Source of the DNA: Phoronis australis
Lineage: Eukaryota > Animalia > Phoronida
Assembly: GCA_002633005.1 (NCBI GenBank)
Contig: NMRA01000057.1
Span: 749,499-813,498 of the forward strand
Direction of reading: 5' to 3'
DNA: 64,000 nt
In this document: positions 1-12,300 of the stretch, piece by piece
Numbering within the stretch: position 1 is the stretch's first letter
Layout of the letters: each line of letters starts with the position of its first letter
Notes under the pieces: model-generated
Database searches by the model: none
Seen by the model: only the letters and a program-made list of their open reading frames with translations
What the model was told of the DNA's origin: nothing
Translations under genes and position numbers: made by a program

Positions 1-128
1 ATGAACATATGTCAAAGGGTTTTGGAGATAGAGCAGCGGACGCCGGACGCCGGACGGATGCCGCCCGTACGGACGGACGGAGATGATAGCATAATGCGTC
101 CACATATAAATATGTGGGCGCATAAAAA
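1..128. mobile_element. End of a Helentron-associated (HINE/DINE-1-like) non-autonomous element
   Basis: GGAC-type microsatellite and hairpin atgcgtccacatat-aa-atatgtgggcgcat followed by an A-run; near-identical to 23380-23521. Confidence 0.65.
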
Positions 129-189
129 TTACTTTAAAGCCGCAGAGTGTATGAGAACATATGCCCAGTAGTTCGAGGTAACATCTCAC

Positions 190-389
190 CTTGCATTAAT
201 TATAGGATCTTCTGCAAAGATACGAAGCATGAACTCTCCTTCACACCTAGGATGATATGTTGATGGGATGATAAGATAGTGCCCCGGCGTGACTAACAAA
301 CGATCTATCTTTTCCCACGCTGCCAAAAAGTTCTTCTGTTCCAGCTGTACAGTGCCTCCTCGTGTGTACTTTCCGTTCAGACACAGCAA
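190..389 (-). CDS. Calpain domain III exon (donor at 189, or read-through to TGA at 186)
   Basis: PGHYLIIPSTYHPRCEGEFMLRIFAE; ttttcag acceptor and AG|GTGAGA donor. Confidence 0.87.
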
Positions 390-3300
390 CTGAAAATGCC
401 CAATTCATGTAATGCTACAAAAGTGCTTTTTACCAAATATTAGTTTGATTTTAATAAGCTGCTTATCATTAAGAGTTACGCAAGACCTTAGAAAAATGTC
501 CCATTTCAGTCAACTTTGGAAAATCATATTTCAGAAATGGCTGATCGGCTTCACATAAAACTTTGAGGTACTACGCTCTATACACTGTACTACAAAATGC
601 TGATAGGAATTGTTTTCGGAGTGTTCCACTTTTGTATGAGGGGCCATCAAAAATTAGGACTTACGTGATGTTGATGAAAGTTGCATCAACTGAAAACAAC
701 AGTTTCGGAAATTGAAATATTATTTTTGACATTTTACCTTGAACATTTATAGTATATGACATTAGGTCATGATACTGATCCTATTGTTTTGCTATGAATG
801 TAACTGTCTTTTTCGCTACAAGTTCCCAAGAAAGCATAGTTGTGTGACTAGTGTAGAGTCAAAAATCAAATTCTGTAGAATTTCCTCTCTCAGAAAACAC
901 ATACTTAGGATGGGATAAATTTTACATTTCTATAATTTTACACACTCATCAAAAACATAATTGGCAACTAATACCCAAGTTTACCGCAAACAAGTCCCAA
1001 AACTCTCATGTACACAACACAACACAAAGGTGTACCACACCTCACCTCGAATACGTAGCACTTGATGTCATGTCGCGTGCCTCCCATAATCTCTTTGTGT
1101 TGAGCCAGTTCCACCACCAGAGGGATATGGTCACGACCACCAGAGGGCGACACTTCTATCATGAACAGTGGGTTGTTGAGATACTTCTTGTACCCGGCAG
1201 CAGATGAACCTTGCCATTCGCCGTACATAGTGCACACATGATCTTAAAGAAAAACAGAAACATCTATCATGTTAATAAGTAAAAGTTGCAAGAAATCTAA
1301 ATACAGTGGAGCCCACAATCTTTCGTGGTACAGAACTCTGTGTGAAGAATCAAATTGAATGGCATAGCCATCTGCTTAATAGAAACCTAATAGGCAAATT
1401 TCACGAAAAAACTTATGAAGACGATCTAAACAGGAGTAAAAAAAACTAAAATTGGCACTAAGGCTCACAGGAGTAGTTGTATGACTCTGAAAATTGCTGC
1501 ATCTGTCAGTAGCTTCATAGAAACACATCTATGTGACAGTAGCTCATTAAAATCCTCAAACTTCACAACAAAAATATCTACTTTTCATTCTTTTTATTGG
1601 TTTTTACAATAAGGCTATCACCCAACAAAATTTGGTAGCGGAATTTTTTTGAACATATTGTAGTTATGAACCTGCTGAAAAACAGAGAAATGAAAATATG
1701 AAATTATTTTCATTCCAAACAAGAGAATTTTTCAATTAACACTTATTTGGTGACAATAAGACTGAAATTAACAACGTAAGAACCAATTTACTATATTACA
1801 ACAATAATAATAATAATAATAATAACGATTATGATAATTGTCGTTATTATTAACTTTTGCTATCATTATGATTATTATTATTATCAATATTACTACTAAA
1901 ACAACTACGCACTGCTACTACTATGAATTTAAAATATAATCAGAAAAATAGTCCTTTTCTCGATCATTTTCAAGATATCTTCTTAAATTGTCGTGAGCGC
2001 CCAGTTTTTAAAACTCTGTGTGCTGGTAGATATTGTACAAAAATTGAACACCTTTAAACAATAATTTGATAGTTGTCTCCGTCCTCATCAAGATCATATT
2101 TATTTCCATATAAATCTGCGACTACATCAAGTGATATCCATTATGTGGAGGTCTCCCCCAGTGTACAGTCCAGCTCCCAAGGTGTCCAGGTGATGAATAC
2201 AGCTGAACTTTGACCCTGAACTCCACACCAGACAATATAAAGCAAACAACATTATATAGGTCATAAGGCCAGTGATAGCTGCATGCACTGTTTATGTAAT
2301 TATGATGGGGAGTTCTGCAATCGTTCTTAGAGGACTTTAGACTCTAACAACAAGGTAAGAATTAATTGTGGTTCTTTTTATAAGAATTAAGGCCCCAAGC
2401 AAGGTAGTTTAAACAAACTCAAGAATGCATCAAAGTACAAGACCAGTTGAGCTACCATAAAATCAGCTTAGTGTTAAGGAAAAGCCCAGTGCAAGGCTGT
2501 GAGACTATAGAGAGTGAGCTGGCCCAGTGCAAGGCTGTGAGACTATAGAGAGTGAGCTGGCCCAGTGCAAGGTTGTGAGACTATAGAGAGTGAGCTGGCC
2601 CAGTGCAAGGCTGTGAGACTATAGAGAGTGAGCTGGTGAATTCAGTGGACTGTATTGGGTGTAAGCTACCATTGAGGAAAGTGTTGGATTGTTCATATAC
2701 AAATCGTCCTGTTCATTAAGTCATAACTTGACCCACAAATTACAACACGCAGGCTACAATCAAGAATAGGAACCCTAACAACTCCATGACTGACTTGGCA
2801 CTATAAAAAGGTCCCACAGTGTCAACCAGCTAAGACATCTGATTAAGTGTTTGATGATGACCAATAAGAATTAACTGCTTCACCTGGCAGGACTGGCAAA
2901 AGTTAAATCAAGTGAAGATAAGAGGTTACACACCTATTGCTACTAATTCCATGTTGAGAAATGAACATTTCAGTTAAAGAGACATACATCACTTCCCTTT
3001 TCGAAGTTACAGTATACATGCAGTTAATAAAGCCAGTTTAGGACTCGAGACATCTGTGTGAAGTTGTTTTACACATTGGAATTCTGCATCCAACATTTTA
3101 GCTGGACCCAATTTCTAATTCTCGGGTATGCGAGACTCGTGCATGGCTAAGTTAACGGGAACAGAACAACGGTCTTTCATTCGTGGACCCTGTGAAACGT
3201 TGGACATTTTTGTTTGAATATCCCACTGCACAAATGACAATTTGATGGCTTGATGCTGTCAAAGAATCTATAAGTAATGCTGAAAAACACTCCACAGATT

Positions 3301-6300
3301 GATTAAATCCACAAGAGCTGAATGCAAGGCACTGACTTGCACCCATCGTATGCATTGCACACACCAGAGATACAAGGAATAGTCATTACTTTTCCCATTT
3401 AAAACCAAGCAATGCTAGCTTAATAATAACCTATTTGCCAAATTTCATGAAATCCATCAAAGACCTTTGAAGATACAGAGGGAAACATTGCCAGAAGGGT
3501 ATCCCATATGGTAATCGGATCCATCTAAAAATTTGCTTATACTAGTATATCCTATCCATGATGGGATTAAAATAGCTGCGAAGTCCACAAACCTCCAAGG
3601 GTTTTGGAGATAGAGCAGCGAACGCTGGACGAGGACAATGGCTTAATGCATCCACTCATAAATCTGTGGGTACGCATTAAACAAAATGCAGAACCTTGTC
3701 AACCAACCACGCCATCTAGTGACAACGCGAATTTCATCATGTCACCGCTATATTGAAATTATAGCTTTTAGACAAGCAATCGGGTCACCATATTGTTGCA
3801 TGAAAACACCGCATGTGCTAGACTTCCTGGAAGTAAATGTTTTATTCACCCGTATTATGTATGTAGATAATAGAATTCATGAGGAGATATATTGTTCTTG
3901 GTCCCAAAAATGATAGTTATTTTTTCATTGATTTTCACAATGTTGCATTTTATGTTGATCAACTGCTAAGACAGCTCCTTGAAATGCAATATACTTTACT
4001 GTTTTGGCAGTTGACTAAGTAATGGGAACTCAGATGCACACCCAATCAACATGATCAAAAGCAATGGAGATGTCAACGAAAACATTGTGATTCGCCCACT
4101 CAAAAGAGAAGACGGTGAGGAAGTGTTAGACTTGATCTTCAACTGGCACTTGTGGGAGCAGATATTCTGGGAGCCTCGCGTCAAACTGTTGCAGCACAGA
4201 ACAACATGGCTGTACTTCTTCATAGTAGTAGCGGTCACGTGGACAACGTTTAACCCACTGATAGCATTACTGTTTGGCTTTGGATATTTTATCCTGTTGT
4301 ACACCAGACTGTGGCTGTGTTCCTACAGTGAGTTCAAGAAAATAGAAAACTATGAAGAGTTTCAAAACTTTCCAGAATTCTATTTGAATCCCAACGATTG
4401 GAATCACCTGTGGGTTGCATGTGACGGAAAAAAAATCATCGGATCCGTAGGGCTTAAAAAGGACAGCGAGGAAGAAATTATGCTTGTACGGCTTGGTGTT
4501 AAACCTCAGTATCGTCGACGAGGGTTGGGAACGAAATTGAGTCAAATTGCCATCGACTTTGCTGAAACTCTAAAAGGTGTGAAGTTGATTTCTCTAGACA
4601 CCAAAATCTACAACAAGAAGTCTAACTCTGTCTACAGAACACTGGGATTTGAACCGACTCGTCAGGACCATCTGTTCACCGTCATACCTTTTGGTTTAGA
4701 AATTGTACTGCAGATTTATACGTTACGTGTACACTCATGAATTGACTGACCGTATTTGATTTAGTGAAACATTCAAGTATTTCCGACCTTTTTGATGAAT
4801 ATTAATGAATATAAGAATACCTAAATCTTATACATTTTGATGCAACACAGTTATAGTAGCTGAGAAGCAGGAGTCACTGGGGGTAAATATCGGAGAATCA
4901 CAGAAATGCTATAGTATTTTGAGATGAGCATTTTTTTGTAATGGTTGAGCAGATTGTTAATGCATCTAGATTACACCTTCCCAGTGTTGTTTACTGTATT
5001 TAGTTTTTATTTACATCCTAGAGATGGTGCATTGCAAGACATATATCTGTGACATATTCTAGTCTACACTGTAGGACGTTTTCCATCCAAGATGAGCCCT
5101 TATATTACACAGATTCCTTTTGCTCTAATTTATTGATTGGCTGCCTTCTATTGAACCACTGTGACTGACTTTCTGCACACCAGTGCAAGTCTGCGAAGTA
5201 ACCAAGTAACATGCCTTAGTCTTGTTCATATTGATAGGCAAATGCTGAAAGTTCATAGTTTGAATGAGCTTTCTGAAACTAAATTTAAATACTTTATTAT
5301 ACATGGCTGTGCCTAAAGTTTCATACTATCCTTATGTAATAACCTATATTCACGCTTTTGTTACTCTTTGTTAATCCAGCATCCAGTTACTAAGAGTTTA
5401 GCAATGCTGAGTAATAGTGTAGTAATATGATTATTCCTGCATCATTCTGTATCATTTGACCAAGTAATTTATAAAGCTTGTTAGGTACTGCAGATAACCG
5501 ATAACTGAATAACGATAACCCAACAAATAAAGATACCCAATTACTGCTCAATGAACAACAAATCTACAATAAAGACAATCCAGTAATGTATCGCCTCTTT
5601 CCTTCTGCTGAAAATAAATGCAGATGTTGTTGACATATAATTATGGCAACTGAAAGGCTTCTAAAAACTAAAGGCCCTTTCATATTGACTTAACTCCGGT
5701 CTGAGCGGAGCGTCGACGTAAACAGCGCAGTTAACTGGACCGTTCATACTGGCTTCGGTAGTTAATGACCATCGAAGAAAAGGGTTGGTGACGTTGACGT
5801 CATCGAAGTTATCGCAAGGTAGCGCTGCACGCTAAGATTTTTTTCAATGTGACAATTTGGAACATTTAAATGTGCTAAATGACAGTAAACACATTTTTAA
5901 ATCGATTGGTTGTCATTAAAGCAAACAATAAGTAGTTATTAGTGACGGCACTACTCTGTAACTGTTGACGATAACAGTGGCACCTGGCGATAACTTCGAT
6001 TGGACCGGAGTTAAGCGTTCATACTGCACCGCAGCGTCGACGCTGCGGTCTTAAATCCACCTATTAACTNAATCCCACCACGCTGTCCCAGATGCCCCGG
6101 CAATGTTGACAATTTACATTCCTCCAAAACATAAAGAGCAACTTCCGCTTTCCGAGGTGAACGTCGTCTGCAACGCCGCGGTAAGAAAGGAATTTGCCGC
6201 GGAAATTTTATATCAAATCCGATTTTTTTACGCGGAAATATTATAAAAAAAGCGGAAATCCGCGTTTCCGCGGAAAATTCCAAGCCCTGATTATAACCTA

Positions 6301-9300
6301 TATTCAGGCTTTTGTTACTCTTTGTTAATCCATCATTCAGTTACTAAGAGTTTAGCAATGCTGAGTAATTGTGTAGTAATATGATCATTCCTGCATCATT
6401 CTGTATCATTTGACCAAGTAATTTATTAAGCTTGTTAGGCACTGCAGATAACCGATAACTGAATAACAATAACCCAAAAAATAAAGATACCCAATTACTG
6501 CTCAATGAACAACAAATCTACAATAAAGACAATCCAGTAATGCATCGCCTCTTTCCTTCTGCTGAAAGGAGAAACGTAGCAATGCATATGTTGTTGACAT
6601 ATAATTATGTCAATTGAAAGGTTTCTAACAACTGAAAGTACTCAAAGAAACACAAAACAAGCCTCCTCTCAAGAAAAAAAAAACAGTTTCCCAAGCACAC
6701 ATTTCAATAGTTTGAGTAAAAGCATCTTGAAATCCAATTTCACAATGGACGTGACCTCAACCATATGTTTTTTTCTGACAAAAGGCACGCTTTATGGGAA
6801 CTCATTAAACACTGAGGCAGTAACCTTGGATACATAAAAGGGGAGGTAGTCTTGGTAGGACAAGATTGTAGGAAGGTAAGATATATTTTTTACCGCAATC
6901 CACAACTAAACCTCCTTTCCAGAAAATTGCCCATGTTGTATCAAAACAATATCTCATATTAATAGCCAATTGCTGGCTGCTTAGACTCTATATGGTGATA
7001 TGAACCGTGAATCAAATACCAGAACACCAACTTCAGCATATCCAATACTATGGTATGTTTCTGGGGAAGTTAATTAGCATCATAAAAATGGCCAGTGTAA
7101 GGCACAGAAAACATCTGAAAACATGTCTGTACACTGGAAGGCATTCACTCCTCCTGAATAGAAAACCACTTGCTACAAGTCCAAAAATATTGAAGCAAAT
7201 GTGAAAAATCACATTCCACTAAAAGGCAGATCACTAATTGGATCCGTCTATCTGATGTGAAGTTAATGGGAATACACCTGCCAAATTTCAAAAGATCCTA
7301 CACCAGGTTTAGGAGATACAGTGACAAACGCATTAAAATAAAACGCAACTAGAAGGCACTTGAACCTATCCAAAAATCAATGCTAGTCTCGCTCTTGTCA
7401 GTGCAAACACATCTGCGAATTTTCATGACGATCCTGGTAAGAAATTTGGCAGATACCGAGACAGACAACAAAAACTAGGCGTCAAATCTGTCCCAAAATA
7501 GAAAGGCACCATCTTCTCCATTACAAAGATCAAAAGAATTCATGAAAAAATCGTAGAGGAACTCTGAAGATACAGAGCTGAAATTGCCACTAGGGGGCAC
7601 AGTAGCAGTCAGATACATTGAAAAGAAATGATCAACCGTCACATTCATAGGAAAACACTACAATTTTACATAGAAGCATCAAAGGATAAAGGAGAAACAG
7701 TCATGAATGCAAAATGTTGGCCATGGTTTTCTCTTAATTCAACAAGTCTGTCAATTTCTTAATTAAGCCCTTGAGCAGCTTCTCAAATCAAGAGGTGGAC
7801 GACAAAAAACAGACTCGAAAACAACAAATATGGCCACTAGGAGGTGTGAAATACACCGAATCTGCTCGAAAAAATAAAGTTTAAGCTGCCTTGTTAATAG
7901 ATACCTATTCACCAATTTCACAAGAGTCCATGATGAACTTCCAAGATACAGACGGAAATGCATAAATGTGACTTGGGTGCACAGCCATAGGAGCATATGA
8001 CTGTGACTTGGGTGCACAGCCATAGGAGCATATGACTGTGACTTGGGTGCACAGCCATAGGAGCATATCCTGCTGATTTTCACAAAGCTCCTTCGAATGA
8101 GCTACAATCCCAAACACAAGGTAACAAAATCACTGCTAGGAGGCGACACAGTAGTCTTCGCATCAGGAATACATCTGATCCTTTGCCGAGCGGTTTGGCA
8201 GCAGTTAGACAGGAGGACTCCAGAAAAAGGACTCAAAAATAAAAAAGACCACTGGTTGGTATCAAACACGTAAAATTCGTCCAAAAATATAATCAGATTG
8301 TCCTCTCTTTTAAAAAAAAACAAATATACGCCTCATTTTAGGGCTGTTCCAGTAAAATCNNNNNNNNNNNNNNNNNNNNNNNNNNNNNNNNNNNNNNNNN
8401 NNNNNNNNNNNNNNNNNNNNNNNNNNNNNNNNNNNNNNNNNNNNNNNNNNNNNNNNNNNNNNNNNNNNNNNNNNNTAGCCATAGAGAAATTCGAGCACCT
8501 GTGGTTAAATGGTGTTATTTGCATGCTGATGAGGAGATGGAGGGAGTGAAAAAGTCGGAGCTTTTTGCAAGTTGCATTTTTGTTTCAGTTTTGATTCTGT
8601 GCGGATTGTTTATAAAATTTACTAAAATTACCCACCATCAAACATTTATGGCCCAATGAAACAACAACGACCTGTAAATTTTTATTTGTTTGAAGTACGA
8701 CCACCAGCCATTTTGAATTTAAATCAAACGCAACCACCCATAAATTTTTATTTCAGTTGCCTTCCCCCCCTCCCACACAGATTTTGCTGGAACAGCCCTT
8801 ATGAAAATATACCAAGGAACTCTGAGGATACAGGCTGAGGCAAATATAAAAAACTAAAATTGCCACCAGTCATATCTGTCCGACACTCGTCGACACGTGT
8901 CATCAGTTTCATAGGAGCACATCTGCAACATCTTAATATTCTGATTGCAGCCAGGCAAGAAATTAACAAAAAATGAATATCACACTACACTGGATTTATA
9001 TGTAAACAGTTCTCCTGATGAGTATAGTATTGTGATGAGCAAATGCATACGAAGTAGACTCACCCAGTCCATCACATGTCCCGTCCCTGTCAAAGTCAGG
9101 AGTCACATTGCATATGATGCTCGTCGTAAACATAACCATGAAGTCTGTCAGGGACATCCAAAATTCGCCATCATCCTCATCGCGCTGAAGTAGACGACGT
9201 GTCCGTTCGTCCACAAACTGCCACTGAGGGGCTCTGTAAAGAACGAACCATGAAAACATGAAAATCTGACTCCAGAAAAATTCTATTATCTCCCCAAACC

Positions 9301-12300
9301 AATAACTATGAACACAAGCTATTTACGTTGAGTAAGCAAGAAATCAGTGAGAACACCAAATATCTTCCAAATCTTCCGCAACAAATGTACGTAGTAAGTG
9401 AATTTTATCCGCTCATCACGTATCAAGTCTTCGGTTGAGTTCATTGCCTGAATTCGTAGGGTTATAACTTGCTCTTTAACTTAATTATGATTTACATAAT
9501 TCTTTGTACAACAGTGTCTAACTATAGGTTTTGATGCACAGTTCCTGCCATTCTTTGACCAGAATTCCATTAGTCACTGGTGAACACATGCCTGGGTCAT
9601 ATTGATGCCAAAAAGTGAACACACAATAGAACATGGTATAACAACAAAGTAGCTGAACCCATACGTGTACCTCGTCAATGACTCAACTAACACACGCGGT
9701 CACTAAAGTAAGACTAACAAACAACAATATTTTACCACCCCCACCCACCCCACGTTATGCACTGTGCGACTTTTTATAATTATATTAATTCTGAAGTGCT
9801 CAGTTTTAGACTGCTATACAAATATTGACATTATGATTAACGGAGGGCAAACTCTAAATGATTCACCGAGCTGTACAGAGTGCAAACACAACAGCATATG
9901 CTCAGCCCTATTGATCGGCAAAATTTGATCAATTGGCAGACAGTTCTTTACCCAGAGTCAAACATTTTTACCTGTCCCGTTGGACCATTTCCAACTCAGT
10001 CATGCATACACAAAAATCTCCTTCCACTGACTCAATTTCTAATTCTGGTGTGCAAGACTTGATGGGGACAAAAGCAATATTTCTTTTCTTCACATATATT
10101 TTGAGACATTCAAGTTTTGTGAACATCCTATGAAAATCTAAGCACACAGTGCCAATTTGATGGATGATGGTGGTGAAATTAAAATCCACACAAGACTGCA
10201 GTGCACAGTTCATCAACTACCCAATCGCCATCTAGTGACAGGACGAGTTTCATCACGTTGCCATTTTTTGGGGAAAAGGTGAGTAGTTTGGATGCATTTC
10301 TTGTCCAGCTCATCAGGTGCAACGACCTATCACAGGTACACATTTTGGGTTGCAGAAAGAATCTTCAATTTCTAACACTCTCAAGATTTATCTCATTCTT
10401 GTGGTAATATTGAAATCCCTGCATAAATTCAAGAGCTTACTTGTCCGACCAAGGACCTGTCCATTCCCCTTCCCCATTGATTGTCCTTCCCCATGGATTA
10501 CGAACACGAAGAAGTTCCAACATTTTATTCTGATAGGTTATCTGAAATGTCAACAAGTAATTGCGTACAGACAGCATGTATAAATCTTGACACAAACACT
10601 ACACAATAGTTAAAAATAACTGGATAAAAAATAATCTGGCTTTGCCCATTGTAATGACAAAGCACATATGGAAGTCACTGTCCCAATAGTTGTCTTTCCT
10701 GATCGGAAATGACGAAGACTTTTCCGTGAACTTTTCAAAAACTCATTCTCCAATCAGGAGTTTGCCAAAACTGATGATAAGTGATGTTTTCACAAACAGC
10801 TGTCACGACAGGGAGTACTTTGATTACATTAGGGGGATATCTGGGGGCACATTGATGTGAATTTACACAAATATGGGTGGGGGAAAATCTTCCCACTCTG
10901 GCCATCGCCCACTTAATGGTCAACTCCTGGTCAATACCCCTTTTCATCAGTCACCGATCTTCCTTGAGTGAGTAGTTTATTTCTTCTCTGTGCATTCCAA
11001 TGTTTACATGGCTTTTCTAATGTCCATCCACAGTTTTTCCAATGGATGCTGCACTGATGTTTTTTCATTTCCTTAACCTCCCCATAATTGTAATAATGAC
11101 CTAACCCTCGAATTACACACCTTAACATAACTACGTAAGTCAAAATTACATGAGACTGTAATCTATGAAAGAAATAAAAGGAAAATGTTTATACATTAAT
11201 ATGCTAGCCAAGCTCTTTATCAAAAACAGAAAATTAGTGAACCTACCCTGACCGCACCAGTGAGAGTGTAGGCGTGCCCACCAACCAAACCATGTGCTGC
11301 CATCTGGAAACCATAGCGAATATCAGATGTTGGTGTTGATTACTCTGACTAACAAGCCCGGATTAATACTTTAACAACATACTAAATGCATCTTGATTCC
11401 TAATGTATTAATTTAACTGTGCAAAAAAGTAAATGTCACATGAATGAGTGGATGGCCTGCACGAAAAGCAAAGGTAAGGTCACACTGTTGAAATGATTTA
11501 TTTTATCTTAATGTTAAAAAGGTATTACCTCACATATTGCCCCAATAATTGCACCAGAGGAAAGGGCAAGCTTAGCCCTTTTGAAGTACTGAAAAGGGTC
11601 AGGATTCTCCACTTTAGAGATCTGCTCGGTGATGCCCCCCGTCAGACAACGGAAGGCTCGACTGATAAGACCTCCTGTGGTGTTGATGTAGGAGCCACAG
11701 TACCTGAGTATGACGATAAACGAAAAGTAACGTATCATGGCAATTACTCATACTCAACCAGTGTTCTCATCACGATTTATGTAGTGGGAACGGTGACACC
11801 AATAGCTTTCCTTGTTCTTCGTTAACTTAAAATTTATGAAATCGTAGATGGTAGAGTTAGGAAACAATATCAATGAAAATAACGGGTAAGATTCCGACTG
11901 GCCTAAAACTAAAAATGTGACAGTTGTCACACAATATTTCACACATTGAAGGCACAGTTGATATGACAATAAATCAAAATTGAGCACGTTGACGCAAAAA
12001 ATTGAGTGCAGTCAAATTGAGCATAATGGGCCGCTACCCTTAAAAATCAAGCGTGATCACTGTCTGGTATATATTCTTCAAGTAAGATAACATTATTATG
12101 AAGGTATAGCCATTTTTAAAGACTATTGTAACATCCATCAAGTTTTGACAACAGGCTTATTCTATCACGTAGGACCCTTGAAAAATGTCCAAATATGGCA
12201 AATTTTCTAGCATCGAATCTCCGACATGTAATTATCATATTCAAATGAAGCTTTCAATTCAAATGTTCATTTGCTTTTATAATGTTCCACTTTAGCATTA

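Noticed and set aside
2484-2635. 38-bp repeats (and 35-bp repeats at 7967-8068) as a CRISPR array
   Set aside because: The units are contiguous with no unique spacers, there are no cas genes, and the context is a eukaryotic intron.
4051-4740. Bacterial GNAT by contamination or recent horizontal transfer
   Set aside because: The internal hydrophobic segment and layout fit the animal NAT8/camello family, and the composition resembles the host sequence.
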